From: a bacterium
Lineage (GTDB): Bacteria; Caldisericota; Caldisericia; UBA6126
DNA length: 64,000 nt
Reading direction: 5' to 3'
Assembly: GCA_021372585.1 (NCBI GenBank)
Contig: JAJFUD010000065.1
Location: 2,640-66,639 of the forward strand
The notes beneath the pieces are model-generated. The model had not been told where the DNA came from, did no database searches, and saw only the letters and a program-made list of their open reading frames with translations. Positions 19,842 to 28,023 of this stretch are shown one piece after another. The translations under genes and the position numbers were made by a program. Each line of letters begins with the position of its first letter. Position 1 is the stretch's first letter.

Positions 19842-20737
19842 GCTTACAGGATGAAATTAGAATATTAAAAAAAGAATCTGACGCTATCATTCTTGCTCAC
19901 AATTATCAGAGAGCAGAAGTCCAGGATATCGCCGATTTCGTTGGAGATTCATTAGAATTGAGTTTAAAAGCAAAAGAATGCAAAGAAGGGGTGATCGTTT
20001 TTTGCGGTGTCCGATTTATGGCAGAGACTGCCAAGCTATTATCGCCACAAAAAACAGTGTTACTACCTGAGCCGAATGCAGGTTGCCCTCTTGCAGATAT
20101 GTTGAATGAGGAGAGCTTTACCAACTGGAGAAATCAATTCCCTCAATACCCACTGGTGACTTACATCAACTCCACTGTCGAGATAAAAGCAAAAACAAAT
20201 ATTTGTTGTACCTCTGCTAACGCAGTAAAAATCATTAACAGTGTAGAAGCAGATACTATTTTATTCGGTCCGGACAGATGTTTAGGCAGCTGGTTACAAG
20301 AAAAATGTCAGAAAAACCTGATCCTGTTTCCGGGATACTGTCCCACACATCAACTCATTACCTCAGAAGATATGCTGATGGCAAGAGCTAACCATCCTGA
20401 TGCAGTGATAATGGTCCACCCGGAATGTCCAAAAGAAATCAGAGATTTAAGTGATTTTGTAGTTGGTACCGGAGGAATGCTTCAAATAGCAAAAACCTCC
20501 CAAGCCAACCATTTTATGATCGGTACAGAAGAAGGGATGGCTTATCGATTGCAGAAAGAAGTGCCGACAAAACACTTTACGCTGGTCAGTCACAGACTTT
20601 ACTGCCCGAACATGAAAAAAACAACCTTAGAATCAGTGAAAAGAGCGCTTCTTGAGAAGCAGGAATCCATCGTAATTCCCTCACTATATCAAGATAAAGC
20701 TTTAATTAGCATAGAAAGAATGTTGGCTATCCGATGA
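19838..20737 (+). CDS. nadA: Quinolinate synthase
   Basis: ILAHNYQ, LPEPNAGCPLADM, and conserved Cys residues of the NadA 4Fe-4S site. Confidence 0.9.
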   Translation: MSLQDEIRILKKESDAIILAHNYQRAEVQDIADFVGDSLELSLKAKECKEGVIVFCGVRFMAETAKLLSPQKTVLLPEPNAGCPLADMLNEESFTNWRNQFPQYPLVTYINSTVEIKAKTNICCTSANAVKIINSVEADTILFGPDRCLGSWLQEKCQKNLILFPGYCPTHQLITSEDMLMARANHPDAVIMVHPECPKEIRDLSDFVVGTGGMLQIAKTSQANHFMIGTEEGMAYRLQKEVPTKHFTLVSHRLYCPNMKKTTLESVKRALLEKQESIVIPSLYQDKALISIERMLAIR

Positions 20738-22329
20738 AAATTCAAGCAAGCAGCCATTATGATGTGATCATTATCGGAACTGGGATTGCCGGTCTTCATA
20801 CCGCCCTAAATCTAGATCCTCGACTGAATGTGCTCACAATTACCAAAAGTAAATTTGAGAATTGTAACACTTTACGAGCCGAGGGAGGAATGGCATGTCC
20901 TATCCTACCGGATGACTCTCCGGATCTGCACACCCAAGATACTCTTCGCGCCGGAGGAGACTTAAATAATATTCAAGCGGTGAATATACTCACAAACGAA
21001 GTTGTGGACAGAATTATAGATCTTGAGAAGATAGGGTTCGAATTTGATCGTAACCTAGACGGAAGTCTGATCTTAGGTTTAGAAGGATTTCATTCAAGAA
21101 GACGTATTCTGCATAGTTATTCTGACAGAATCGGAGTTTCAATCTTTAATTTTCTTTCCAGAAAATCAATGGAAAAGGAAAACTTCCAGTTTATAGAAGA
21201 TACCAACTTGAAGCAAATTGTATTGGACGGGAACGACCAATATCAAGGAGTGCTTTTACAAAATAGCGATGGATACTCTTTTATTACCTCCTCCTTTTTA
21301 GTCCTAGCAAGCGGTGGTTTTTCCAATATATTTGCCAGAAGCACCAGCGATTCGACTATATTTGGTGATGCACTGGCCATTGGCTTTACAGCAGGATTAG
21401 CGCTGGAAGATATGGAATTTATCCAATTTCACCCCACTACTTTCATCAAGGAAGGATATGAACCTTTTCTTCTCTCAGAAGCGTTGCGTGGAGAAGGAGC
21501 CATTCTATTGAATAAAAATCTGGAAAGGTTTATGACTCGTTACCACCCAGATTTAGAACTGGCATCAAGAGATATTGTCAGCCGATCGATATTTCTCGAA
21601 TCGAAGATTCAAGGAGATGAAACTTTTTTTCTTGACTTAAAACCAATTGGTACAGAAAAAATTCTACATCTCTTCCCGGGGATCGTGGAAAACTGTAAAC
21701 TCAGAGGAATCGATGTAACAAAAGACCTGGCTCCTATATTTCCTGCTGCTCATTATACCATGGGTGGCATCAAAACAGATCTGTTTGGTAAAACAAATAT
21801 GGAAAACGTATTTGCGGTAGGAGAAGTAGCCTGTAATGGTGTTCATGGTGCAAATCGACTGGCTTCTAACTCCCTCATTGAGGCGTTAGTTTTTTCGAAA
21901 CGTGTTGCTGATAGCATCAATGCTACAAAAAAACCAAATGGTCCTCATCTTGGATCTGCCGAAACTCAGGAGACTGTTCCGGATGATTTCATTGAAATCC
22001 GCGAACAAATCAAGGAGATTCGCCAACTCAACTGGTTGCACCTTGGCATTATCCGCACCAATAAAATGATGAGTGAGTATTTGAAGAAACTGGAACAGAA
22101 ATTTACGACCATTACCGAAAAAGCAGACTCGAAAATCATACTGAAATCAAATGAATCCTTATGGTTATTGTCCTACTTGGTTTGTTTATCTTCTTTAAAT
22201 AGAAAAGAATCTCGCGGCGCTCATTATCGGGAGGATTTTCCTCAAAAAAATCCTGATTTTCAATATTCTCAGATTTTACAATGGCGTTCGAATCGCTTAG
22301 AAATAACCAATGAAAAAAGAGGTCAATAA
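20734..22329 (+). CDS. nadB: L-aspartate oxidase
   Basis: FAD Rossmann DVIIIGTGIAGL. Succinate dehydrogenase/fumarate reductase flavoprotein-like fold (HYTMGGI, HGANRLASNSL). Confidence 0.9.
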   Translation: MKIQASSHYDVIIIGTGIAGLHTALNLDPRLNVLTITKSKFENCNTLRAEGGMACPILPDDSPDLHTQDTLRAGGDLNNIQAVNILTNEVVDRIIDLEKIGFEFDRNLDGSLILGLEGFHSRRRILHSYSDRIGVSIFNFLSRKSMEKENFQFIEDTNLKQIVLDGNDQYQGVLLQNSDGYSFITSSFLVLASGGFSNIFARSTSDSTIFGDALAIGFTAGLALEDMEFIQFHPTTFIKEGYEPFLLSEALRGEGAILLNKNLERFMTRYHPDLELASRDIVSRSIFLESKIQGDETFFLDLKPIGTEKILHLFPGIVENCKLRGIDVTKDLAPIFPAAHYTMGGIKTDLFGKTNMENVFAVGEVACNGVHGANRLASNSLIEALVFSKRVADSINATKKPNGPHLGSAETQETVPDDFIEIREQIKEIRQLNWLHLGIIRTNKMMSEYLKKLEQKFTTITEKADSKIILKSNESLWLLSYLVCLSSLNRKESRGAHYREDFPQKNPDFQYSQILQWRSNRLEITNEKRGQ

Positions 22330-22332
22330 AGA

Positions 22333-23163
22333 ATGTTAACCTTATTCACAGAAAAGTGGTTGCAAGAAATATTTGAAGAGGATGGTTACTATGGGGATCC
22401 GGCTTCTTCTCTGATACCTAGAGATATGATCTCTTCCTCGATCATGAAAAGCAAACAAACAGGTATATTTTGCGGAGAGACAATAATCCATGAATTATGC
22501 CAGTTTACCAAGATGCAATCATGGGAAATCATAAAAAAAGACGGAGATTCTCTGCGGCTGGATGATCAGATTGCCGTTATTACAGGTTTTGTTCCTGATT
22601 TATTGAAATTGGAACGAATATTGTTGAATTTAATCGCTTTTGCTTGCGGGATTGCTACCAAAACTAAGCAGTATGTTGATTTAGTGGAACCATACGGCGT
22701 GCATCTGCTCGATACCAGAAAAACCCTACCCGGTTATCGAAAACTTTCCAAGTATGCAGTTAGAGCCGGTGGAGGTTGGAATCATCGCTTTAGCCTCTCT
22801 GATCTGATCATGTTGAAAGATAACCATATATCGATTCTTGGCGGCATCAAACCAGCTCTGGCTAAATTAAGCGAAACAAACAGGCAAGCGTATACTCGAA
22901 CCGAGATAGAGGTAGCCAATCTAAAGCAAGCATTAGAAGCGTTGGCTTACGGTCCGGATATCATCATGCTGGATAATTTTACTCCTGAAGAGGTGAAAGA
23001 AGCGATCCTGCGCATTCGAGGAAAGTCTCTGATTGAAGTATCCGGTGGTGTCACCCTACAGAATATTACATCCTACGCAGAAGCTAAGCCTGATTTTATC
23101 TCAACAGGTCAAATCACTCAGAATGTCCAACCAATTGACATCAACATGAAACTCTCACTTTAA
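22333..23163 (+). CDS. nadC: Nicotinate-nucleotide pyrophosphorylase (quinolinate phosphoribosyltransferase)
   Basis: QAPRTase motifs (LLDTRKT.PG.R, IMLDNF, EVSGGV). Confidence 0.9.
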   Translation: MLTLFTEKWLQEIFEEDGYYGDPASSLIPRDMISSSIMKSKQTGIFCGETIIHELCQFTKMQSWEIIKKDGDSLRLDDQIAVITGFVPDLLKLERILLNLIAFACGIATKTKQYVDLVEPYGVHLLDTRKTLPGYRKLSKYAVRAGGGWNHRFSLSDLIMLKDNHISILGGIKPALAKLSETNRQAYTRTEIEVANLKQALEALAYGPDIIMLDNFTPEEVKEAILRIRGKSLIEVSGGVTLQNITSYAEAKPDFISTGQITQNVQPIDINMKLSL

Positions 23164-23525
23164 TCCCAGGCATTTTCAAGCCAGTGTTGTTGGAGGATAT
23201 TATTATTTTTATCCAAAATATATCCCATAAAATCAAACTGGAATCGTTTATAAAACGGCAGACTCAAGTTGGTTTCATGAAGAATCCAGAGTCCGGTTTT
23301 TAGAATCCTTTCCCGCTTTATTGAGGTGTAGGATTCTATCGGGGTGCCAAATCGCAATGATTTTCTGGTTTTGACTTCAACAAAATGAATGGTTAGGTCT
23401 TTGTATGCGACAATATCAATTTCACCATACAAACAACGGATATTTCGAAACAGAATCTGATACCCTTGACATTTTAAAAAATCACAAGCAAGATCTTCTC
23501 CTGTCTGACCGGTTTTCTTGTTCAT
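23160..23525 (-). CDS. yraN: YraN family (UPF0102) endonuclease-like protein
   Basis: GE.LA..FL...GY.I...N.R...GEIDIVA signature. Lies downstream of rnhB as in many bacteria. Confidence 0.8.
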   Translation of the reverse strand: MNKKTGQTGEDLACDFLKCQGYQILFRNIRCLYGEIDIVAYKDLTIHFVEVKTRKSLRFGTPIESYTSIKRERILKTGLWILHETNLSLPFYKRFQFDFMGYILDKNNNILQQHWLENAWD

Positions 23526-23530
23526 GAAAA

Positions 23531-24268
23531 TTAAAGGTCTATCAGCGTTTGAACAATCTTCTGAAGATCTTCCTTGGGAATTTTATAGTCTCTCTTGGAC
23601 TGGACATACTCTAGGAGTTGACTGATCTTAAGGATCAAAACCGTCTCTTCTTTGATTGAAAGTTCTGCTTCATCATTGGTAAAAACAACAATGCCTTGTA
23701 TCCAATAAGGAAAGGGGACGATACCAAAAATCCGCTTGGATTTTTTATCAAAGAATGTCTTTAACTCCCAGATATTTCTTTTCAATTGTCGGCTTGGATT
23801 GTTAATATATCCTTTGTACAGTCCGCCGTTTTTTCCAATTTTCTGATACTCCCAGGCATCCACTACACATGAAATTTCTCCTTTATAGTGTTTCGTCTCC
23901 AACAGAAAGATTCCATTTGGTCCGATTAATAAATGATCAATATCACAATTCTTAAAAGGGAGAGAGAGGTTGTTAATTAGAACATAATCATCAGGTAAAA
24001 CGGATAAAATCTCTTCGACTCTTTCTTGACCCTTTAATCCTGCGCGCCAGATTTTCGCGGTTGTAATTTTATCTTGAAACAGATATCCGCTTATTACAAA
24101 AATAATAAAACCGATAAAATAGAACAAATAACCGGATTTCTCAAGATCAAACACACCAAATACAATCAACAGGATACCCAATATAAAAAACATGATTTCA
24201 ATCGTTGTTTGAAGTTCAAGAGAAGACAACATATCCTTTACAAAATTCTTTTTATTAATAACTATCAT
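23531..24268 (-). CDS. NERD (nuclease-related domain) membrane protein
   Basis: Two N-terminal TM helices. NERD signature (DIDHLLIGPNGIFLLETKHYKGEI). Confidence 0.65.
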   Translation of the reverse strand: MIVINKKNFVKDMLSSLELQTTIEIMFFILGILLIVFGVFDLEKSGYLFYFIGFIIFVISGYLFQDKITTAKIWRAGLKGQERVEEILSVLPDDYVLINNLSLPFKNCDIDHLLIGPNGIFLLETKHYKGEISCVVDAWEYQKIGKNGGLYKGYINNPSRQLKRNIWELKTFFDKKSKRIFGIVPFPYWIQGIVVFTNDEAELSIKEETVLILKISQLLEYVQSKRDYKIPKEDLQKIVQTLIDL

Positions 24269-24954
24269 GACGCTATTCCTTGCAGAAACGATCTGCGATG
24301 ATAACTGGTTATACCGTTTTGTTGTATTTCCCGATAATGCTGAGTCGTGCCATATCCCTTGTGCTGGCTGAATCGATAATCAGGAAAAAAGCGGTTTAAG
24401 CTTGTCATATAGCGATCCCTTGTAACTTTAGCGACAATAGAAGCAGCTGCGACAGAAGCAATCAATGAATCGCCTTTGACAACAGAAACTTGCGTATATT
24501 CCTGTTGCAATGGTATTGCAAAATTCCCATCAATACAAATTTCAATGTCGGTCGTCCTCAAAGCAGACATGGAATTGACACAACGCCTCACTGCCAATTG
24601 CATTGCTTGTTTTGTTGCATTCAGAATATTGATTCTATCAATAACTTTGGCAGAGCAAAAAGCGATTCCCAGATAGGGTTTGAAGGCAAGTATGTCAGAT
24701 AGTAGAATTTCTCTCTGTTTTGCAGATACCTTTTTTGAATCTTTTACTTTCAACATAATAGGTCGTTCCTTGAATGATATAGCGACTGCAATAACCGGTC
24801 CGGCAAGACAGCCTCTGCCAACTTCGTCTACTCCAACCAGCCACTTTTTACCTGAGAAAGCAAGAATTTGGGATTCATTTTCCCATAAAGAATCTTGAAA
24901 GTCAGTAAACAACATGACTGAGCATTTTTGCAGATTGTAAAGGCCAAAACACAA
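24265..24954 (-). CDS. rnhB: Ribonuclease HII
   Basis: VGVDEVGRGCLAGPV active-site motif. RNase HII fold. Confidence 0.9.
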   Translation of the reverse strand: MCFGLYNLQKCSVMLFTDFQDSLWENESQILAFSGKKWLVGVDEVGRGCLAGPVIAVAISFKERPIMLKVKDSKKVSAKQREILLSDILAFKPYLGIAFCSAKVIDRINILNATKQAMQLAVRRCVNSMSALRTTDIEICIDGNFAIPLQQEYTQVSVVKGDSLIASVAAASIVAKVTRDRYMTSLNRFFPDYRFSQHKGYGTTQHYREIQQNGITSYHRRSFLQGIAS

Positions 24955-25441
24955 GAATTGCTCTGCCTGAAATACTCTTCAACTCTATAGGTCCAAAATC
25001 CCTGCTGTCTAAGCTGTTATTTCTATGGTCCCCCATCACAAAATATTCATTCTGTTTCAATGTTTGCAAAGTAGTTTTACCAGGAGTTTCAATTTGTAAA
25101 TAAGGCTCTACCAACTTTTCTTGATTGATATATACCGCTCCTTCTTTTACCTCAATGGTGTCTCCCGGTAAACCAATAATCCGCTTGACATAATAGACCT
25201 GTTTGTCTCCACCGGGAGGAACAAAAACAACAATATCCCCACGGTTAGGCTTTTTGAATCGATACAGTAATTTATTCACTATAATCAGGTTATTCTCTTT
25301 TAAAGTAGGCAACATAGAACCCATCTGCACTTTGTAGGGTTGAAATAAAAACTGCCTGACAACAAAAGCAACAATGAGTGCAATACAAATTGTCTGTATC
25401 CACTCAACAATCTCTTTTTTTTGCTGTGGAGAAACTTTCAT
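24902..25441 (-). CDS. lepB: Signal peptidase I
   Basis: Catalytic Ser motif GSMLPTL and catalytic Lys region. GDHRNNSLDSR box E. Confidence 0.85.
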   Translation of the reverse strand: MKVSPQQKKEIVEWIQTICIALIVAFVVRQFLFQPYKVQMGSMLPTLKENNLIIVNKLLYRFKKPNRGDIVVFVPPGGDKQVYYVKRIIGLPGDTIEVKEGAVYINQEKLVEPYLQIETPGKTTLQTLKQNEYFVMGDHRNNSLDSRDFGPIELKSISGRAILVFWPLQSAKMLSHVVY

Positions 25442-25812
25442 TACTTGGCTTCAACTTTTACTTTTTTGGTAGCGTTCTTTCGCTCGATTTTATTAATGAG
25501 ATTATTAGAGGCTCGTATATAATAAAGCTTCGCTCTTCGTACTTTTCCTCGGCTAACGATCTCAATCTTTCCAATGATGGGTGAGTGCATGGGAAACACT
25601 TTCTCCACACCTTCACCGTAAGATACTTTACGGACGCAGAAATTCTCGTGAATCCCGCCTCCTTTTTTTGCGATAACCAATCCCTCAAATACCTGTAAAC
25701 GCTCTTTTGCGCCTTCTTTAATTCTTTGATATACTTTTAAAGTGTCACCCACATCAAAAACAGGTAAATCCGTTCTCAGTAGGTTTTTATCCAATTCATC
25801 AATCAAATTCAT
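25441..25812 (-). CDS. rplS: 50S ribosomal protein L19
   Basis: L19 signature (FDVGDTLKV...EG.KER.Q.FEG.VIA....G...F.VRK...[24 protein letters not shown]). Start set at MNLIDEL (25812), which has a GGAAGGG-type RBS. ORF-track start 25839 lacks an RBS. Confidence 0.9.
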   Translation of the reverse strand: MNLIDELDKNLLRTDLPVFDVGDTLKVYQRIKEGAKERLQVFEGLVIAKKGGGIHENFCVRKVSYGEGVEKVFPMHSPIIGKIEIVSRGKVRRAKLYYIRASNNLINKIERKNATKKVKVEAK

Positions 25813-25853
25813 TTTGATTATCCCTTCCTTTACCTTCAAATTCGCAAAAGATA

Positions 25854-25880
25854 ATTATACCGTAAACTCTCAATTTACAA
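25854..25880 (-). promoter_or_regulatory. Putative sigma-70-type promoter for rplS operon
   Basis: Minus-strand TTGTAA (15 nt spacer) TATAAT, about 40 nt upstream of the rplS start. Confidence 0.3.
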
Positions 25881-25911
25881 AACGTCACTTTTTTATATAA
25901 CACAAAATGGC

Positions 25912-27123
25912 TTAGCGATTGTCCATTTTAGGTACTTTTTTTAATCCTTCATCCAATTCATAATGAAAATAGAAAGGAATAAATCCTCTTTCTATCACTT
26001 CGTCAATCTCGTCATAATGATCAATTCTTCTCAACAGGTGGGCTTTATCGTCCAATCCCAATGCATGGATAAAATCGTCAATGATGCCAATCGGGCAGGC
26101 ATAAACAAATAAATGCCCTTCAACTGTGGCAAAAATAGGGTTAAATTCCACAATTTCAGAATTCTTATACGGTCTTTTGAGAAGCATTTTGGATTCAACC
26201 AATTTATTCACAAATACTTTACGACAAGAAGGAGATCGATCCAGGATGTTAGAGATCTCTTTAAACAGCATTGGCACGGAATGTGTCATGATTTTCCTCG
26301 ATATATCTAATCGAAACCACCATAAATCATAACTTAAAAGAGATTCTCTTTTGGCAACTTCGCTCATTGGACCAATATACATATTTCGTATGTATAACTG
26401 GTCAGGGTAATCATAGATGCGTGAAGGCATTTTTTTATCTGTATCCTGTGAAGCAGACCAGTCTTCCGCTATGAGTTTCCCTTGTAAGTCCTCGTTCCAT
26501 ATCGAAGTAATGTGTTGGATTTTTTCCTTGTTTGGAAAAAAATTCTTGATAAAAATATGCGTACCTGAGATATTTTGAGTGGTTTTACCAATTAAAATAT
26601 AGAGATTCGATTGTTTTTTCTGAGAAAATTGGAGGGGTAAAAAACAAAATACCTGATTACGGCTGAAAATATACACAGGTTTTTGATGTAATGAGAAATA
26701 AAATGAAGCAATTTTCATACCTTCGCCGTAATAACCCCTCATCCAGGGAACTTTATTGCTCATACCCAATTGAAAAGATTCGACTGTCACACCTTTTCCA
26801 TTGTCTTTTAACCAAGTGCCATTGGAATCCAGAGAAATATCTGCTTCTGGTTGTCCACTCTCCAACTCTGTTTCATCAAAAGCATTTTGGATCAATTCCC
26901 GAAGGGAAATCATATCGTTTAATTCACGCTTTTCAATGTAATCGCTTGTCATTCCAGTTGACAATACGAGATCGAAGGAGACAATGTTCTCAATTTTATA
27001 TGACTGAAGAGTCTCTTCGCTGAGCCATCCCTTTTCTTTGGCTTCTTCCACTGACATAATATTACTCTGCAAAGACATAGGAATTTTGTATTGATCAAAT
27101 AGCATCTTTTCTTTTAAATCCAT
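25912..27123 (-). CDS. GHKL-type ATPase domain protein of unknown function
   Basis: N-box ELIQNAFDE, G1 box DNGKGV, G2-like GYYGEGMK. C-terminal approx 200 aa without a recognisable motif. Confidence 0.6.
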   Translation of the reverse strand: MDLKEKMLFDQYKIPMSLQSNIMSVEEAKEKGWLSEETLQSYKIENIVSFDLVLSTGMTSDYIEKRELNDMISLRELIQNAFDETELESGQPEADISLDSNGTWLKDNGKGVTVESFQLGMSNKVPWMRGYYGEGMKIASFYFSLHQKPVYIFSRNQVFCFLPLQFSQKKQSNLYILIGKTTQNISGTHIFIKNFFPNKEKIQHITSIWNEDLQGKLIAEDWSASQDTDKKMPSRIYDYPDQLYIRNMYIGPMSEVAKRESLLSYDLWWFRLDISRKIMTHSVPMLFKEISNILDRSPSCRKVFVNKLVESKMLLKRPYKNSEIVEFNPIFATVEGHLFVYACPIGIIDDFIHALGLDDKAHLLRRIDHYDEIDEVIERGFIPFYFHYELDEGLKKVPKMDNR

Positions 27124-27236
27124 CTAAATTCACCTCGTAGTTTTTTTTCTCACCAGTTTTTTCAATTGGTAGAAATTCTATATAATGGTATCATTATTAC
27201 AAATACTTTATCAGAATATATTCTAAGGAGGAAAAA

Positions 27237-27971
27237 TTGAGAGAAGAATGGTTCAATCTTTCTTTTTCCATTGAAGATTGCATCGGTATCATAACTCTTT
27301 CTGACAATTCCGGAGACAATTTGATCTCGATAAAAATGCTTAGAGAGCTCAAGAATGGCTTAAAAGTTTTTCATCACAGCAAAGAAGTAAAGGTTATTCT
27401 TATTCGTGGTAACCAAACATGTTTTTCTAAAGGATTAGATCCAAACGAGATTGAGAATCATTCAAATCTTGAAGTAGCTGACTATATTGAATTTGGATGG
27501 AAGGTGTTCAACAAGCTAAGCGAGATCAGGAAGCCTATTATATGTGAAGTGTCCGGAGATGCTTTTGACGGAGGTTTTGAGATCACCTTGTTGGCTGACC
27601 TGGTTTACGCAAGTCCACAGGCTCGATTCGGTTTTCCCGGTATCAAGCAATTCAACAGTCCGGTTTACGGTGGAATCACTAATTTAATAGACATAGCTGG
27701 AATACGTTTTACTAAGGAATTACTATTCAGGGGTAATATTATTAATGCTGATCTTGCCCTTGATAAAGGAATCATTAATCAGGTTTTTTCGGCTGATGAG
27801 ATATCCAAGCAAGTGCTTACTATTTGTAAAGAGATTGCAGTCATGGAACCACCCGTCATCGCTTATATGAAGGAAAACGCAGGAAAAGTGATTGATCTTC
27901 TTCGAAGATTACGGGTACCGGATGAATTAAATGCCTTCACCATTACCCGGAGTTTAAGTAAAAAAATATAG
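27237..27971 (+). CDS. Enoyl-CoA hydratase/isomerase (crotonase) family protein
   Basis: Crotonase fold (ICEVSGDAFDGGFEITLLADLVYA..ARFGFPG). TTG start at 27237 with RBS AAGGAGG 5 nt upstream. Confidence 0.8.
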   Translation: MREEWFNLSFSIEDCIGIITLSDNSGDNLISIKMLRELKNGLKVFHHSKEVKVILIRGNQTCFSKGLDPNEIENHSNLEVADYIEFGWKVFNKLSEIRKPIICEVSGDAFDGGFEITLLADLVYASPQARFGFPGIKQFNSPVYGGITNLIDIAGIRFTKELLFRGNIINADLALDKGIINQVFSADEISKQVLTICKEIAVMEPPVIAYMKENAGKVIDLLRRLRVPDELNAFTITRSLSKKI

Positions 27972-28023
27972 CTTCTTTTGAAAGGTATTTTTTTAAATAG
28001 GTTTTTTCACAATTCTTTTCTTT

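Noticed and set aside
27124-27236. Divergent promoter between the GHKL gene and the crotonase gene (TATAAT at 27181-27186)
   Set aside because: There is a good -10 hexamer but no convincing -35 at 16-18 nt, so it was left out of the feature list.
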